Part shown: positions 24,550-37,200 of the stretch, one piece after another
How positions within the stretch are numbered: position 1 is the stretch's first letter
How the letters are laid out: every line of letters begins with the position of its first letter
Source: Octopus vulgaris
Lineage: Eukaryota
Assembly (NCBI GenBank): GCA_951406725.2
Contig: OX597818.1
Span: forward strand, 7,626,001-7,690,000
Direction: 5' to 3'
DNA: 64,000 bases
The notes under the pieces: model-generated
The model's input: only the letters and a program-made list of their open reading frames with translations
Database searches by the model: none
Told to the model about the DNA's origin: nothing
Translations under genes and position numbers: made by a program

Positions 24550-25550
24550 CTATTAAAAATAGGTTTTAAATGTAACTAGTATCCACTTGAACAAAATTTG
24601 ACATAGTTAATGTTATCAAGTACTTGCAAATAACCTTTTTGTTGCTCCATTCTCAACCGACATGGTTGCTACTTCATGTGATGACGTTCCAGCTTTATCA
24701 ACAGGTGAAACATGGGTGGCTTAATTTCGGAGGGGAAGACAGAATCTTGGAGATGACCCACGGACTGAACGTCCTGCAACGGCCGCCATCGAATTTAGCG
24801 TGACAATGTTATCTGATCGCTGAGTACCACGTTTGCTGGCACTTCATCAAACGTGCACCAGGCTCACCACATCACAGTAAACTCTGACATTATTTGAGGC
24901 AGAACCAGCTGATTTCTTTGGATGTTTTCTAAATCTGGATGGATGTTGATTACATTACTTTGAACCGGGAAAATAAATACAATCCATGCAGTGGAACACC
25001 TCCGCCAATCTGTCCCAAAGAAAGCCAAGGTCATTTCATCTTCAGAGAATGTGATGGTCTCAGTTTTTTAGGATGCAAATGGCATTGTGTTTATTGACCA
25101 TCTTCCAAAGGGCCACGCCATCAATGGAGAGTACTATACCAACTTGTTAAGGAAGTGACGAAATGATATCAAAATAATACAACCATGAAAGTGGAGAAAG
25201 TGTTCTTGTTTCTTCAAAGCAATGCTCCTTCAGCCAGGTTCATGCTGTGAATGATTGTGGTTTTGAACTGATTTATCAACCTCCATCTTATCCTTATTTG
25301 ACCCCACCTGACTGTCATCTGTTCTCCAACGTGAAAAACACAACCGGAAACAAGTATGCAATGATGGTGACGCCATACCTGCTGTTGATGACTTTTTGAA
25401 TAGCATGATAAAATCTTCTGCACTAATAATTACCAAACATGATAACACTACTGGATGAAGTGTGAGACCTGAAGAGGATACATTTTGAAAATTAAACTCC
25501 ATCTGTTCACATTGCATCAGAATATAGTGGTTACCATACAAACTTTGTAG
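24550..25550 (+). mobile_element. Degraded mariner (DD34D-type) transposase
   Basis: FRRGRQNLGDDPR, (W)VPRLL, QSMQW, KKAKV..VMVSVF..GIVFIDHL..INGEYY, and a PPSYPYLTPPDCHLF (YSPDLAPSD-like) motif. Confidence 0.85.
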
Positions 25551-25725
25551 CCAAACCCCAAATACCTAAACATACACATATATATGCATGCATGTGTGTA
25601 TTTTGGCATATGTATGTATGTACACACACACTCACAAACAAACAAACATATATCTATATATATTTATGTGTATATATTAACAGAATGAGATAAAATACAA
25701 GATTTCATAACATTTATAAAGAGAT

Positions 25726-25775
25726 GATCTTACAACTGTTTCCCGAGTATTTTATACATCCCTTCATTGGAGATG
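25726..25775 (-). ncRNA. Degenerate type I hammerhead ribozyme in an inverted Penelope pLTR fragment
   Basis: Reverse complement ATCT-CCAATGA-(stem II)-GAAAC-AGTT-GTA-AGAT; the CUGAUGA box carries two mutations. Confidence 0.55.
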
Positions 25776-26639
25776 GTGTGAGGAATTGGTTAAGCAATAG
25801 TTATTCTAGATAAGATATGAAATAGAGGGTGAAGTGGAGGAATGAAAATAGACGTGAGATATGCTGGGATATTATATCTTTAGTTCCATTATTTAGGCAG
25901 AATGCTATACATATAAGATTCCAGCATTTTATGAGCAAGTTCCAATAGTATTTAAAACTTGTCATATTTCTCAGAGAATTTCAAAATTATAATCGAATAT
26001 TGAAATCTTTGACTTTCACTCTAATCATTATAATGTTGCATTATCCAAAACCGGATACGACCAGGAAATCACCTTCCTAGAACTTGATAACATAAATCTC
26101 TTAAACGATGAAGTGAATGTAAATGGCTCAAATAATATAGAATCACATACTCTAAATAAACATAAATCAATAGAAGAAAAGAACCTAGAATATAAACTCA
26201 ATAATATGAATGAAAATAGTAAACATATCATAAATAAATATGAAAATGTTAATCCAGATAAAGTAAATATAAATAATTATACAAAAATCTCTACCACGAA
26301 GAAAAAACCTAATAATACCTAATAATTAAGATAAGACTTAAATGAATAATTAATCTCGTAAGAATATGGATAACACTAATCTTTCCCACTCTTACTCAAA
26401 CAAAAAATATCAAAAAAATGTTATTTGGTTAAATATCCCCTTCAACTGTACGATTTCAACGAATATATACTGTAGATTTATGTCTATACTGGAGAAAACT
26501 TCCCAGCTTCCCATAAATATTATAAAATAATTTCTAAGAATTCAGTAAGAATATCATATTCTACTCTTCCAAATATGGCTACCATAATAGCTAGACTTAA
26601 TAGTAAAAATATAAAGTTAGCTAGAGATAGAATAAATAG

Positions 26640-26947
<308 letters not shown>

Positions 26948-28662
26948 TTAATATAACTTGTGATAATAACAACATCAAAAATATAGGTAGTATAGAGAAA
27001 AATGTAATAGGTGAAGATGGTGAGAATGGATTAATAACAAGTAACCCCAGTTTACATAACAATGTAACTACTATTAGAGAAAATAACACTAGTACTAATA
27101 ACAACTCAAATAACAGGAATGAAAACGAATTATCCATAAATAATACTAGTACCAGGAATTATCCCCCCATTTGTAATTGTAGGATTAGATCGAAATGTCC
27201 GGTGTCTGGCCGCTGTTTGGGCCAAAATGTGATTTATAAATGTACAATAGTGACTTCAAATAACAACTATCTTTATTTCCGTTGTTCGGTAGATTTTTAA
27301 AAAAACGTTTAAACCATCATTTTTCCTACTTTAGACTCAAACACAAAGCAGGTTGCACAACATTGTCCAGTAAAATTTGGGAATAGAAAACGAATAATAT
27401 AGAATTCAACCTAAAATGGGATATAGTAAGAAAAGCACGGCCTTATAAAGATAGTAGAGATGGTTGTGAAGTTTGTTCTATGGAAACATGAGATTTTAAA
27501 ATATAGGAGTAATACAAATCTGTTAAATAACCGTTTGGAGCTAGGATCATCTTGCATACATCAGCACAACCCGAACGATTAAATATTTTAAATAATAATA
27601 TAGTGACTATTCCTAAATTTTTCAAATTCTAATTCTTTATGACCAAATAAGAATGAATATACCATACTGGTTTTTAATTCAACATACAAAGATTACTAAC
27701 AAAACTTCATTGCAAACTTGGAATTAAATTCTCCCTTTTTTTCTTTTTTTTTGATAATCTCCTATACTAAATAGTAGAAGGTCTATGTTACTAAAGAAAC
27801 TACTCAGTTCATCTTGATTATCTCACTTCCATTTCTTAATATATCATTAACCTAGGATATTTTTACCTAACTAATTAGCCTTTCTCCGCGAGTAGTAAAT
27901 ATTATGTCTAACAGATTCTATATTTTAATTCATTAATAACATTTCACTATCTACGAAATCTGAGTAATTTACTCTTCTTAATTACTTCTCTTCATAAAAA
28001 TAAATCACCTTCTACTAAACCTATGAAGACCTTTCTTCCTGATTACTACTCTTCTAGTTTTCCTATTATATATATTTGACCCCGAATATATTCACTTGAT
28101 TAATAGGACTTTTATCTTCAGTTAATGAGTATTATGCCTACTCATAATAAGTGATAGATTTTTCTCCAAAATGAATCAATATTAGTTTTATAATTTCTCC
28201 TTTAATCCAACGTATCAAATTTATTCAAAATCTACCAGTTAAGTATAAAGTGGATGTATATAAGTATAAAAGAATCTCTGGATTCTCTATAAGTGGTCAC
28301 TATGACCATTTGACATTGACCTAGTTTTCCTAATACAAAATCTGTTTGCTAAATAATAGTAATAGCATCTGTAGTATTACAACCCTCTGTCTACCTTAAT
28401 TTCTTTATATAGAACTTTGACATCTATATCACCCCTATTTCTATTAATAGAAAATCTTTCTTGTCTCCTTTCAATTGATCATTCTTCACAAACTTTCTAG
28501 CAGTTCATAACAACTGAATATTCTGAATATTCTTCAGTCAGTGGATAAACTCTACTACCTTAACGTTCTTAAAATTTAAATTGACATCTTTGTCTATATA
28601 TCTACCTTCTCTACAATGTTATCAATTGATATGAAAATTATGTATTAATGGAAAACCTCTAT

Positions 28663-28752
28663 TGATGGCTGATGATTGCTCAACATTTTAAAACTATTGT
28701 AATACGTACAACATTTAATAAATTGATGTAGCGTGAAACAATCGTACCAAAT
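28663..28752 (+). ncRNA. Type I hammerhead ribozyme (Penelope pLTR)
   Basis: TGG-CTGATGA (28669-75), ~59-nt imperfect stem II, GAAAC (28735-39), AATC, GTA, CCA; conserved boxes intact. Confidence 0.7.
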
Positions 28753-28883
28753 TACCAAATTAAGTTATTCTTGTTGCTTATTTTGATTATAATCACCCCA
28801 TGGATTTATATGCATAACACCATACAAAACTCTGGTGCATCTAACTTAAGTACCATATTTATTTAAATCTAAATTTTGCTGAG

Positions 28884-28931
<48 letters not shown>

Positions 28932-29055
28932 AATAAGAGTAAATAATTTCTATAATGGTTTTTTAAAAAACTCACAATTATTTACTGGTAGAATTCGGTA
29001 TGTAAATATAGCCGATTAACGGTAGGAAGTTCTGTAAAGTTCAGTATATATATTG

Positions 29056-29178
29056 TATATAAATAAAAGGGACAGGCAACAAGTTGCTTGCGCATACCGA
29101 AAAATTAGAAATTGACTGCTATTTCTAATTTTTCGGTATGCGGCCAAGCAACTTGTTGCCTGTCCCTTTTACTTATAT
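29056..29178. repeat. Near-perfect hairpin, ~57-bp arms and 8-nt loop, between TA tracts
   Basis: TAAAAGGGACAGGCAACAAGTTGCTTG.CGCATACCGAAAAATTAGAAAT / ATTTCTAATTTTTCGGTATGCGGCCAAGCAACTTGTTGCCTGTCCCTTTTA. Confidence 0.95.
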
Positions 29179-29573
29179 ATATATATATATATGTTGTCTT
29201 TTCAGAATGACATAAAAAAACCAAGGCTGTGGACTCCTTATTCGCACAATCACTGAACCTGGAGCTTAACTATGATCTATACATAGCACTCACTCAACAT
29301 TACATGACACCGTTACCTCTCATAACCTTGTTATAATATAATTAAGTGTAATATAAATATATAAATTTATATAATATATATATATACATATACTACAAAA
29401 TTGGAAAATGGAGAAACATACTTAAATCAGACATCAACCATCAGATGATACCCAATCAATACTTTATTACACCATTACATAACAGTAGAGGCATTATACA
29501 AAATATATTGTAAATATAATTAGACAAGGAAATAGAAATATAAAATATAAAATATAATATATAATTATATCAT

Positions 29574-29686
29574 ATCTGACAGCTGTTTCGGCCGTAAGGG
29601 CAAGTATGCCTCATTTAACCTATAAGCCATATAAGGCAGGTATAAATGAGACATTAACAAGGATGCCCCACGGCCTCTTCAGAGAA
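29574..29686 (-). ncRNA. Type I hammerhead ribozyme with intact core and 86-nt extended stem II
   Basis: Reverse complement TCT-CTGAAGA-GGCCGTGGGGCA...TGCCCTTACGGCC-GAAAC-AGCT-GTC-AGA; palindromic ACAGCTGT stem III; GUC cleavage triplet at 29580-29578. Confidence 0.85.
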
Positions 29687-32086
29687 TTTAATTTATTATA
29701 AGTGTGAAAAAAATTTTTTTATACATATAAATATAAAAATATAAAATATAAAAACGTGTGCATAGACACTCATAATACTACACATATATATATACTCATT
29801 AATACAATAATACAAAATAAACAAAACAAAATATATCAATATATATTAACAAACACAGTTATTCTACATATTGGGCTACTAGTTCCAAAACTAACCAACA
29901 GGAAAATATATGCACACTCACATTTAAATTTAAATCAGACCTATACATAAAAAATAATAAAAAACACACAGTTCAGTTCATAAAATTATAAACCTATAAA
30001 AGTCAATAAAAATTACTATTAATATTAATAATAGTAATAATAATAATAATAATAATTACAACCATGTCTGTACCAAGTACATCAATCGGACATCTACATA
30101 TCTATGAGTCTGATTATTCTGTCCGCTTGATATTGATTATTCTAGATTAATTCGATTGGCTTATAGTTTTAAATTTGAATCACAAAAGAAATTTTACGGT
30201 TAGTTAGTCAAGAAACGCACATACGCACACGCACATCCACAGATCAATCGCACATACATACATAATTATATGTATACACACACACATACACTCATACACA
30301 TACATATCCACAAACACCGTCAAACACATAAATAAATAAATAATAAAAGATGTATAATCGTAGCTATGCAGCCATCCAGCCTCGCCACTATATTAACTAA
30401 GAAGATCCACTCACATGTTTCCATAAAATATTTGTTATAAAGATACATATATTTATATATCAAGACATAGAATGTAATTTTTCGTAGGGTACACAAAGCA
30501 TATGCCACCGTTTTTTCTGTAGTCATAGTATTACATAACATAACGTTTACTGATTTCACCGTAATTTGCTATAATTACATGTACGCTAAGTTATAAAGTA
30601 TAGATTAAAAATTTTTGTTTGACTATCAATAGACATAGAAACATACTAAATTGACATCGGTTTATAGCAATTAAATTATAAGAGATTAATTGTAAGAAGT
30701 CAAAATACGGAAATATTCCGGGATGTGTAAACAGACAAGACAAGACAGAAAATCTTTATAGTATAAATATATATCTTTTCTACGTAATAAATCCAATGCC
30801 ATTATAATATTAATATTTATCCATCAAAGAACCTAACCTACGAACTAATAGAATTACACTCAAATATACATGCCCATAATAATACTCATGTATAGCAGCA
30901 GATATACACAAACGCACCGTTTATTTTCATATGTGACTCGCGAGAAAACATTCATAGTACTTAAATATAAATATACTTTTAAGCATCCGTGGACACATAG
31001 ATACAAATGTAATAATTAACAAGATTTGGCATTAAATAACATCAGTGGGGGACTTACCAATACAATGGTATATAAGTAAATAACAAAAATTAAATTAATT
31101 ATAAGTTAATAAATTGTAATTACTTAAGATTAAAATGTGATAAAATAAATAAGAAGAAATAATTAAAATTACATACAGAGTATAAGTACAAACTAGTATA
31201 CATGTATCCATATATTATTAAACTAAATAATTGATATGTATGTATATATCTACACTTAAATAAGTAAATAAATAAATGACTAAATAAATAGATAGATACC
31301 ATAGAAATCAAATTCAGATAAATACATAGGTACACCTAATATATAGTAATGCTAATATGCATATATCCACATATGCATAAAAGAGTATATAGGTAAATAA
31401 ATAACATAAAATAAAGTGAAGATATATATTGAAGAAAGTACTTAAATAAACTTAGTATACAGGCTAATATTATGTAAATTATACCTGTAGATAATGAGTA
31501 AAAAAATTAATAGATGAATAACATAATGTACAAATCAAGAAGACTACAAATATAGACTAAATATATAAGACTGCTAATATGTATAAAGCCAAATGTGAGT
31601 AAATGAATAGGTTTATTAATAAATAGCATAAGATACAAATTTAGGTGAGTAAAAAGATACACTAAATATACAATATATAAGCCTGCCAAATAAAAACCTG
31701 CAAAAACCCATATTCTCAACCAAAACAAACAATTCCAATATAGACTCTCATATATTACATAATAGTATTACAGTATCTAAAACCAGGTATCTAAAACTAT
31801 GATATTCATACACACTCTGTAATTTTAGAAAACTTCAAGAATCTCATATTACTAAGCAAATACCAAAATGAATATATTATTTCTTGCCGTGGTGTATTTC
31901 CCTTATAAAACAAGACAAAAAAACTACATACAGAAAACAATTAATACTGGACATATATATTTATATACATGTGTAGCTACAAAATTATATAAAATTATAA
32001 ATTTATAAGTTGCATGTTTTAAAATTGTAGAAGACTACTAGTATAATTAGATACAGAAGGGAGTTAAAATATTACTAGTAGAAAAG

Positions 32087-34815
32087 CTAAGTTCTATTTA
32101 AATCTAGAAAAAGTGTACGGTAGTTTGTGAATGCAAAAAAAAATGTGTCAATTAAGTTATTAATAATAGGCCTACCCGCTTTGATAATGAAAAAAATGTC
32201 ATTAATACATAGAGAGCATTTTTTATTTTTTCCATTATACACAGGTGCCGAAGTTAGTATTTTCCAATTTAATCTAAAATCTAAGTTCTTACTTTTGAGT
32301 TCCCAAATGTATGCACTTAACCCTGTAGAGTACATTCTATTTTTATTTCTAAAAGTATATCTATGATAATTAAGTCTCTGTTTCATGCTATTCATAGTTG
32401 CTCCGATATATACCCTACTACTAAATTGTGTATCCACAGTGCCTTGGTAAACTACCTCCTTCCTGAGGCATTGATTACCAAACACACATTTATTTCTGTT
32501 TCTGAAATTACAGTTATTAACAGGTTGGGGTAATCCAACATTGGTCCCCAATCCTGTAACACCATTCACATTAGTAGTGTTACAATTATTATTACCATCC
32601 AAACCCAAATTCAACGAATGAATTAATATATCATTATTGGCGATATTCCTATCAATAGTACAAGTATTGGTGGTAGTAGTATCATCTATTACATTAATAT
32701 TTTTCCTAACAGGTACGGTACCCTCATAATTTGTAAGAGGGTTGTTCCCGTTAGCTCCAAAAGATTTATTGTTCCTACTATTAAAGAGAGGCAAATTCCT
32801 ATTATCTAAATTCAACTTTCTATCTTTATAGAAGTAATCCAGTTTCCTGTTATTAAAAGAGGAGATGATGGTGGCTAGATTATGTGTAATGCTATATCCT
32901 ATTCTAACAGTACCATTGTTAATTAAATGACCAAATTTATTCTTATCCTTACCAAAGTGCCTAAATATTACATTGTGCAAAGCTCTAACTATGTCTGTTT
33001 TTATCTGCAGTGCATATGGGATAATAAGCCAAAGTGTATCCTTATCAGTATTAGGGTTGCCTATCAAATTATTGTTTTTAGTAAAAACCTTATTCCTTGA
33101 CCATCCCATATGTTTACTATCCTTAACAATGTCATTGTTATGTCTATCATTATCAATATTCCCATAATTATTACGCAAGTAAACTTTACTATTATCATAT
33201 CTACCATAAGTTTTTATATGTATATTATTAATATTACTACCATTACCTGTTTGCGCTGATCTATTTAAACTACCGTCTACAGTTCCGAGGTTAACAACAC
33301 CTCTATAATTATTATAGGCGTTTTCATATATTCTATTATTCCTTTTTCTTACAGTTATTATTGTTTGTCCTAAATCTATTGGCGTTGTTCCTAATAGTTC
33401 CACCTCCATTTGAAGGATTCCCCTTGGGTATATGCCATATTTTACTTTTGTAGCCTGCTTTCAGCAATGCTGCGTTGTATCTGTCACAATGCTTATTAAA
33501 CATGTCCTCGTTTGAGGATAAATAAGAAATTCTCTGACTAATGCTACGCACTAGTGCACTTTTAATTTGAGGGGGGTGATTGCTAGAACAGTTTATATAT
33601 ATTAAGTTAGAATTGGGTTTAATATAAGGTTCATGTATCCCATTAGTAATGTTACAATTGACATCCAAATAATTAGCAGAATAGTTTTCACTTTCAATGA
33701 TAATGGATAGGCCAAAACTTTTAAAAATTTATTTAGTCTTTTTTTCAGAAGATCTAATCTCCTATTAGATGTGTTATTTACACAAAATAAAGCGTCATCC
33801 CTATATAATCCTCCTTTTAATTCAGGGAATTCCCTACTAATGTTATCTAATAGATACATCCCAACTAGATCAGTCACTTCCGCTGAGTCCGGCGATCCCA
33901 TGGTGATGTCGAACAAGTTGGGTGTGTCCTTTCTAGCCCAAAGTTTATTATCAAACTCTATTAAAGTTTTCCTAGCTGTTAAGATAGCCCTAATCTCACC
34001 CATACTTAATTTAGTGAATTTTCTAGCAAAAATTAAAGCCTTATTTAATATAATAGGGTTAATGGAAGTGTAATAATTTTGTATATCAAATTGGATGAAT
34101 TTACTTCTATTATTGTCACATACCTTAATGGCAGAAAACCAATCCAATGCACCTTGAGTATTCTTCCAAAGGCTAAGTTTAATCTTATTACGAATAGTAG
34201 GTAGATATTTATCCAGAATGAGTTTGCTCAGTCTGCCCAAGTCAGATTTTGTAGGGCAAATCAATCTGACCTGCGTGTTTCCAAGAAAGTTTTCTTTATG
34301 GTCCTTTAGTGTGATTCTCGGTCTGGTTGGGGTGTAAGGTTCCGTTTTTACTTCTAGGTAGTAGTCCAACATTATTTCTCTAATCTCAAGGTTCAGTTTT
34401 CTAAGTGTGCTAAAAGGTACAATTTTATATTTCTTAGTAATTTCTTTGTGTAGTAGATCATGGTATGTAGGAATGTCAATGTTATAGATGTTGCTGGTTT
34501 TGTCAGAATGGGTTAGAATGCCGTTCTTACCCTTGAGAGTTCTTATTAGTTCTTTTAATTCCCTTTGGTGCGGGTTATACCTCAATGGATGATTTTAAAA
34601 TTTTATGTTTTTTATAGTCTCCCATAGTTCTTGTTCAAAGTTATCTAGATGTATATTTGGTGGAGGAGATTTCCTAGATCTAAATGTAGTGCCTGTTAAT
34701 TTGATTATTTCTTCATAGGTACTTCCTGTTCCATTTCGGATAGTTTCCCCAGTATGTTGTTGGTTTATTTTTTTGTTATTGTTCTCATGGTGGAAAATCC
34801 TCCATCTAATCCTGT
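32087..34815 (-). pseudogene. Penelope RT/GIY-YIG polyprotein broken into four frames (ORFs 34595, 33602, 33336, 32087)
   Basis: Domain order is continuous across adjacent ORFs in the track. Confidence 0.85.
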
Positions 34816-34819
34816 GGAT

Positions 34820-34894
34820 ATATATGTATATATATGTATATATATATATATATCTATATATATGTGTGTGTGTGTATATATATGTATGTATGTA

Positions 34895-34947
<53 letters not shown>

Positions 34948-34953
34948 CTATAT
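34820..34953. repeat. (TA)n/(TG)n compound microsatellite
   Basis: Directly visible. Confidence 0.95.
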
Positions 34954-34954
34954 A

Positions 34955-35160
34955 TTTCGTTTTGGCATTTGGTTTGCAAGATTCTTTATATGAGTTCGTG
35001 TGTTGAAGCATATTCTGTTGAGAGTCAAGACTATTGAAAAGGTTGCAAGACGCAACGAAAGTTTTAGAAAATAAAAATAAGAAATAAGTGGAAATTTTAC
35101 CGGTGAGTATGTTAAATAATAAGGCACTAAAAGAGAATGACTCTCCCCAGACACAACAGT
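34955..35160 (+). mobile_element. Solo Penelope pLTR-like fragment with a degenerate minimal hammerhead (35029-35068)
   Basis: CTA-TTGAAAA-G-GTTGC-AAGAC-GCAAC-GAAA-GTT-TTAG; flanked by (TA)n on both sides. Confidence 0.4.
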
Positions 35161-35887
35161 ATATATATATAATTATTTAAAATTTAAAATGTGTACATGA
35201 AAATGAGTAAAAGTGAGCAAAAATTTAACCTCAGTAAAATTTAAATTTACATTTGCAAAACTTTCGACGGTTTTCTTAAAAGTCAAACGTTAAACATGAA
35301 GCCGGAACATGTACCAGTTTTGTAATACTAAAAGATGACTATATTTTAGGTATAATATTTTCAAATAGAAAACGAAAAATATGTTCGCAAGTCAAAAATG
35401 TATCTACACGGTATTTTTTAGTTGACAATTCGGAAATTTAGAAGCTCTCGTCTTTGGTTAAATGCATGTTTATCTTCGACAGGATGAAGAGTTTTCAGAG
35501 AGGCAGAGACTGCATCGCATTGGTCGTCTATATGCTCCATTATTGTATGGTACTGCTTTCTCCAAAATTGTTCAGCTGATGTTGAAAGAACGGATATAAT
35601 TTCCCTTCAATTACCAGACATGTTTTGTATATATATATATATATATATATATGGAATAATTACCATGAGGAATATGTGTAGAATATATTGTATATATGAT
35701 CGTAGGCATGACCAAAACATGTCCCCCCCCCATACACGCACATCGGTAACATTCGTCAATTTCTTGAATCTGGGGTCATAATCCCGAAATATTGAACACA
35801 AGGTAAGTCTACATTAATTCACATACTTGTTTTATTGTGATTTACCTTGCATTTACTTCACTGTGTTTTGGCCTTACACACGATACA

Positions 35888-35925
<38 letters not shown>

Positions 35926-36600
35926 TTGTATGTGTGTGTGTGTGTGTGTGTGTGCGTGTGTGTGTGTGTTTGTGTGTGTGTATATAGGTATGCATGTATA
36001 TTTTACAAACACATTAACACAGACGCAAATATCTTATAATGTATTTTATAATTGTATTACACGTTATTGTATTATATCGCCTTACAATTCCCTCTATTGT
36101 AACCATTTTTCCTTTCCGATTCACCAATAACTAACATAATACCATCTTTCGAATCAGACGCAAGTCTAACCGAAGTTAACAATTATCAAGAGGATTATGC
36201 TGTCATTCTTGTAACATCGTTTTATCTTTCAGAGAGATGGAGAAGAAAAAAACCTATCTTTAATGATATGATTGAACTCAAATATTGTAATAGGACGTGT
36301 GGGAATTTAAGATAAAATTTACAATAAGAAATTATGCCGCAATATATAAGATATAATCTGCATATATAATAAACTACCGATCTAACTATCAAGCCTCAAA
36401 TACAATACATATACACAATAATATATATGTTCATCTACACGCAAGCGCAAATCTCTATGTACTTGTGTTATTATGGGTATGCATATATTTAATACTAATA
36501 TACATAATTACCTACTTAGCTACGTGCAATAAATTTCAGAGAATACATATATGTATATACGGATATATATATACATACATACATACATATACATATATAC

Positions 36601-36655
<55 letters not shown>

Positions 36656-36704
36656 TAAATAGATAGATAGATCTTTGTATATATACATATATAGATATAC
36701 ATAC

Positions 36705-36750
<46 letters not shown>

Positions 36751-36780
36751 TTATAAATATATGTATACATACACACATAT
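35888..36780. repeat. (TA)n/(TG)n/(TACA)n microsatellite tracts (35888-35985, 36550-36780)
   Basis: Directly visible. Confidence 0.9.
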
Positions 36781-36987
36781 ACTTACCTATATAGTCATAT
36801 AATTATCTACGTCGCAGTCCATCATTTTTTTTGTTGGCGCTGATATTGTCTAATATAATGACTGGCATCGTTTAGAAAGTCGTCAGTTCTTTTCTAGCCG
36901 TATATAGTTACGATATCATAATGAAGATTAGGTACCAAACGGATAGACATTTTTCATATATGCGTGTAAGCATCTATATGCAGCCTT

Positions 36988-37200
36988 ATACGAGGGTGTA
37001 CCCAAAAGTGACCGGAATTATTCGTTGCACAAATTCAGATTTTGTCGCTTCTAAGCTTCCCTCATTTGAAGCAGTGCATCGGCCAGGCGCGTTTTTCCCT
37101 GTTCGAAGCAGTGAATTTTAACGCCACCGTCATGTTTTTTTCTTCACCACTTCCACATTTGTAAATTACGTGTCATTGTTCTGAAGGGTTTTCATAAACC
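36988..37200. mobile_element. Mariner terminal fragment
   Basis: Mariner-type TIR start TACGAGGGTGTACCCAAAAGT followed by degraded internal sequence. Confidence 0.5.

Larger units (their letters stand above)
29392..34819 (-). mobile_element. Penelope-like element (Hydra-like), near full length and frameshifted: RT + GIY-YIG, ~2.4-kb 3' UTR, pLTR; both ends in (TA)n
   Basis: [108 protein letters not shown]. Confidence 0.92.
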
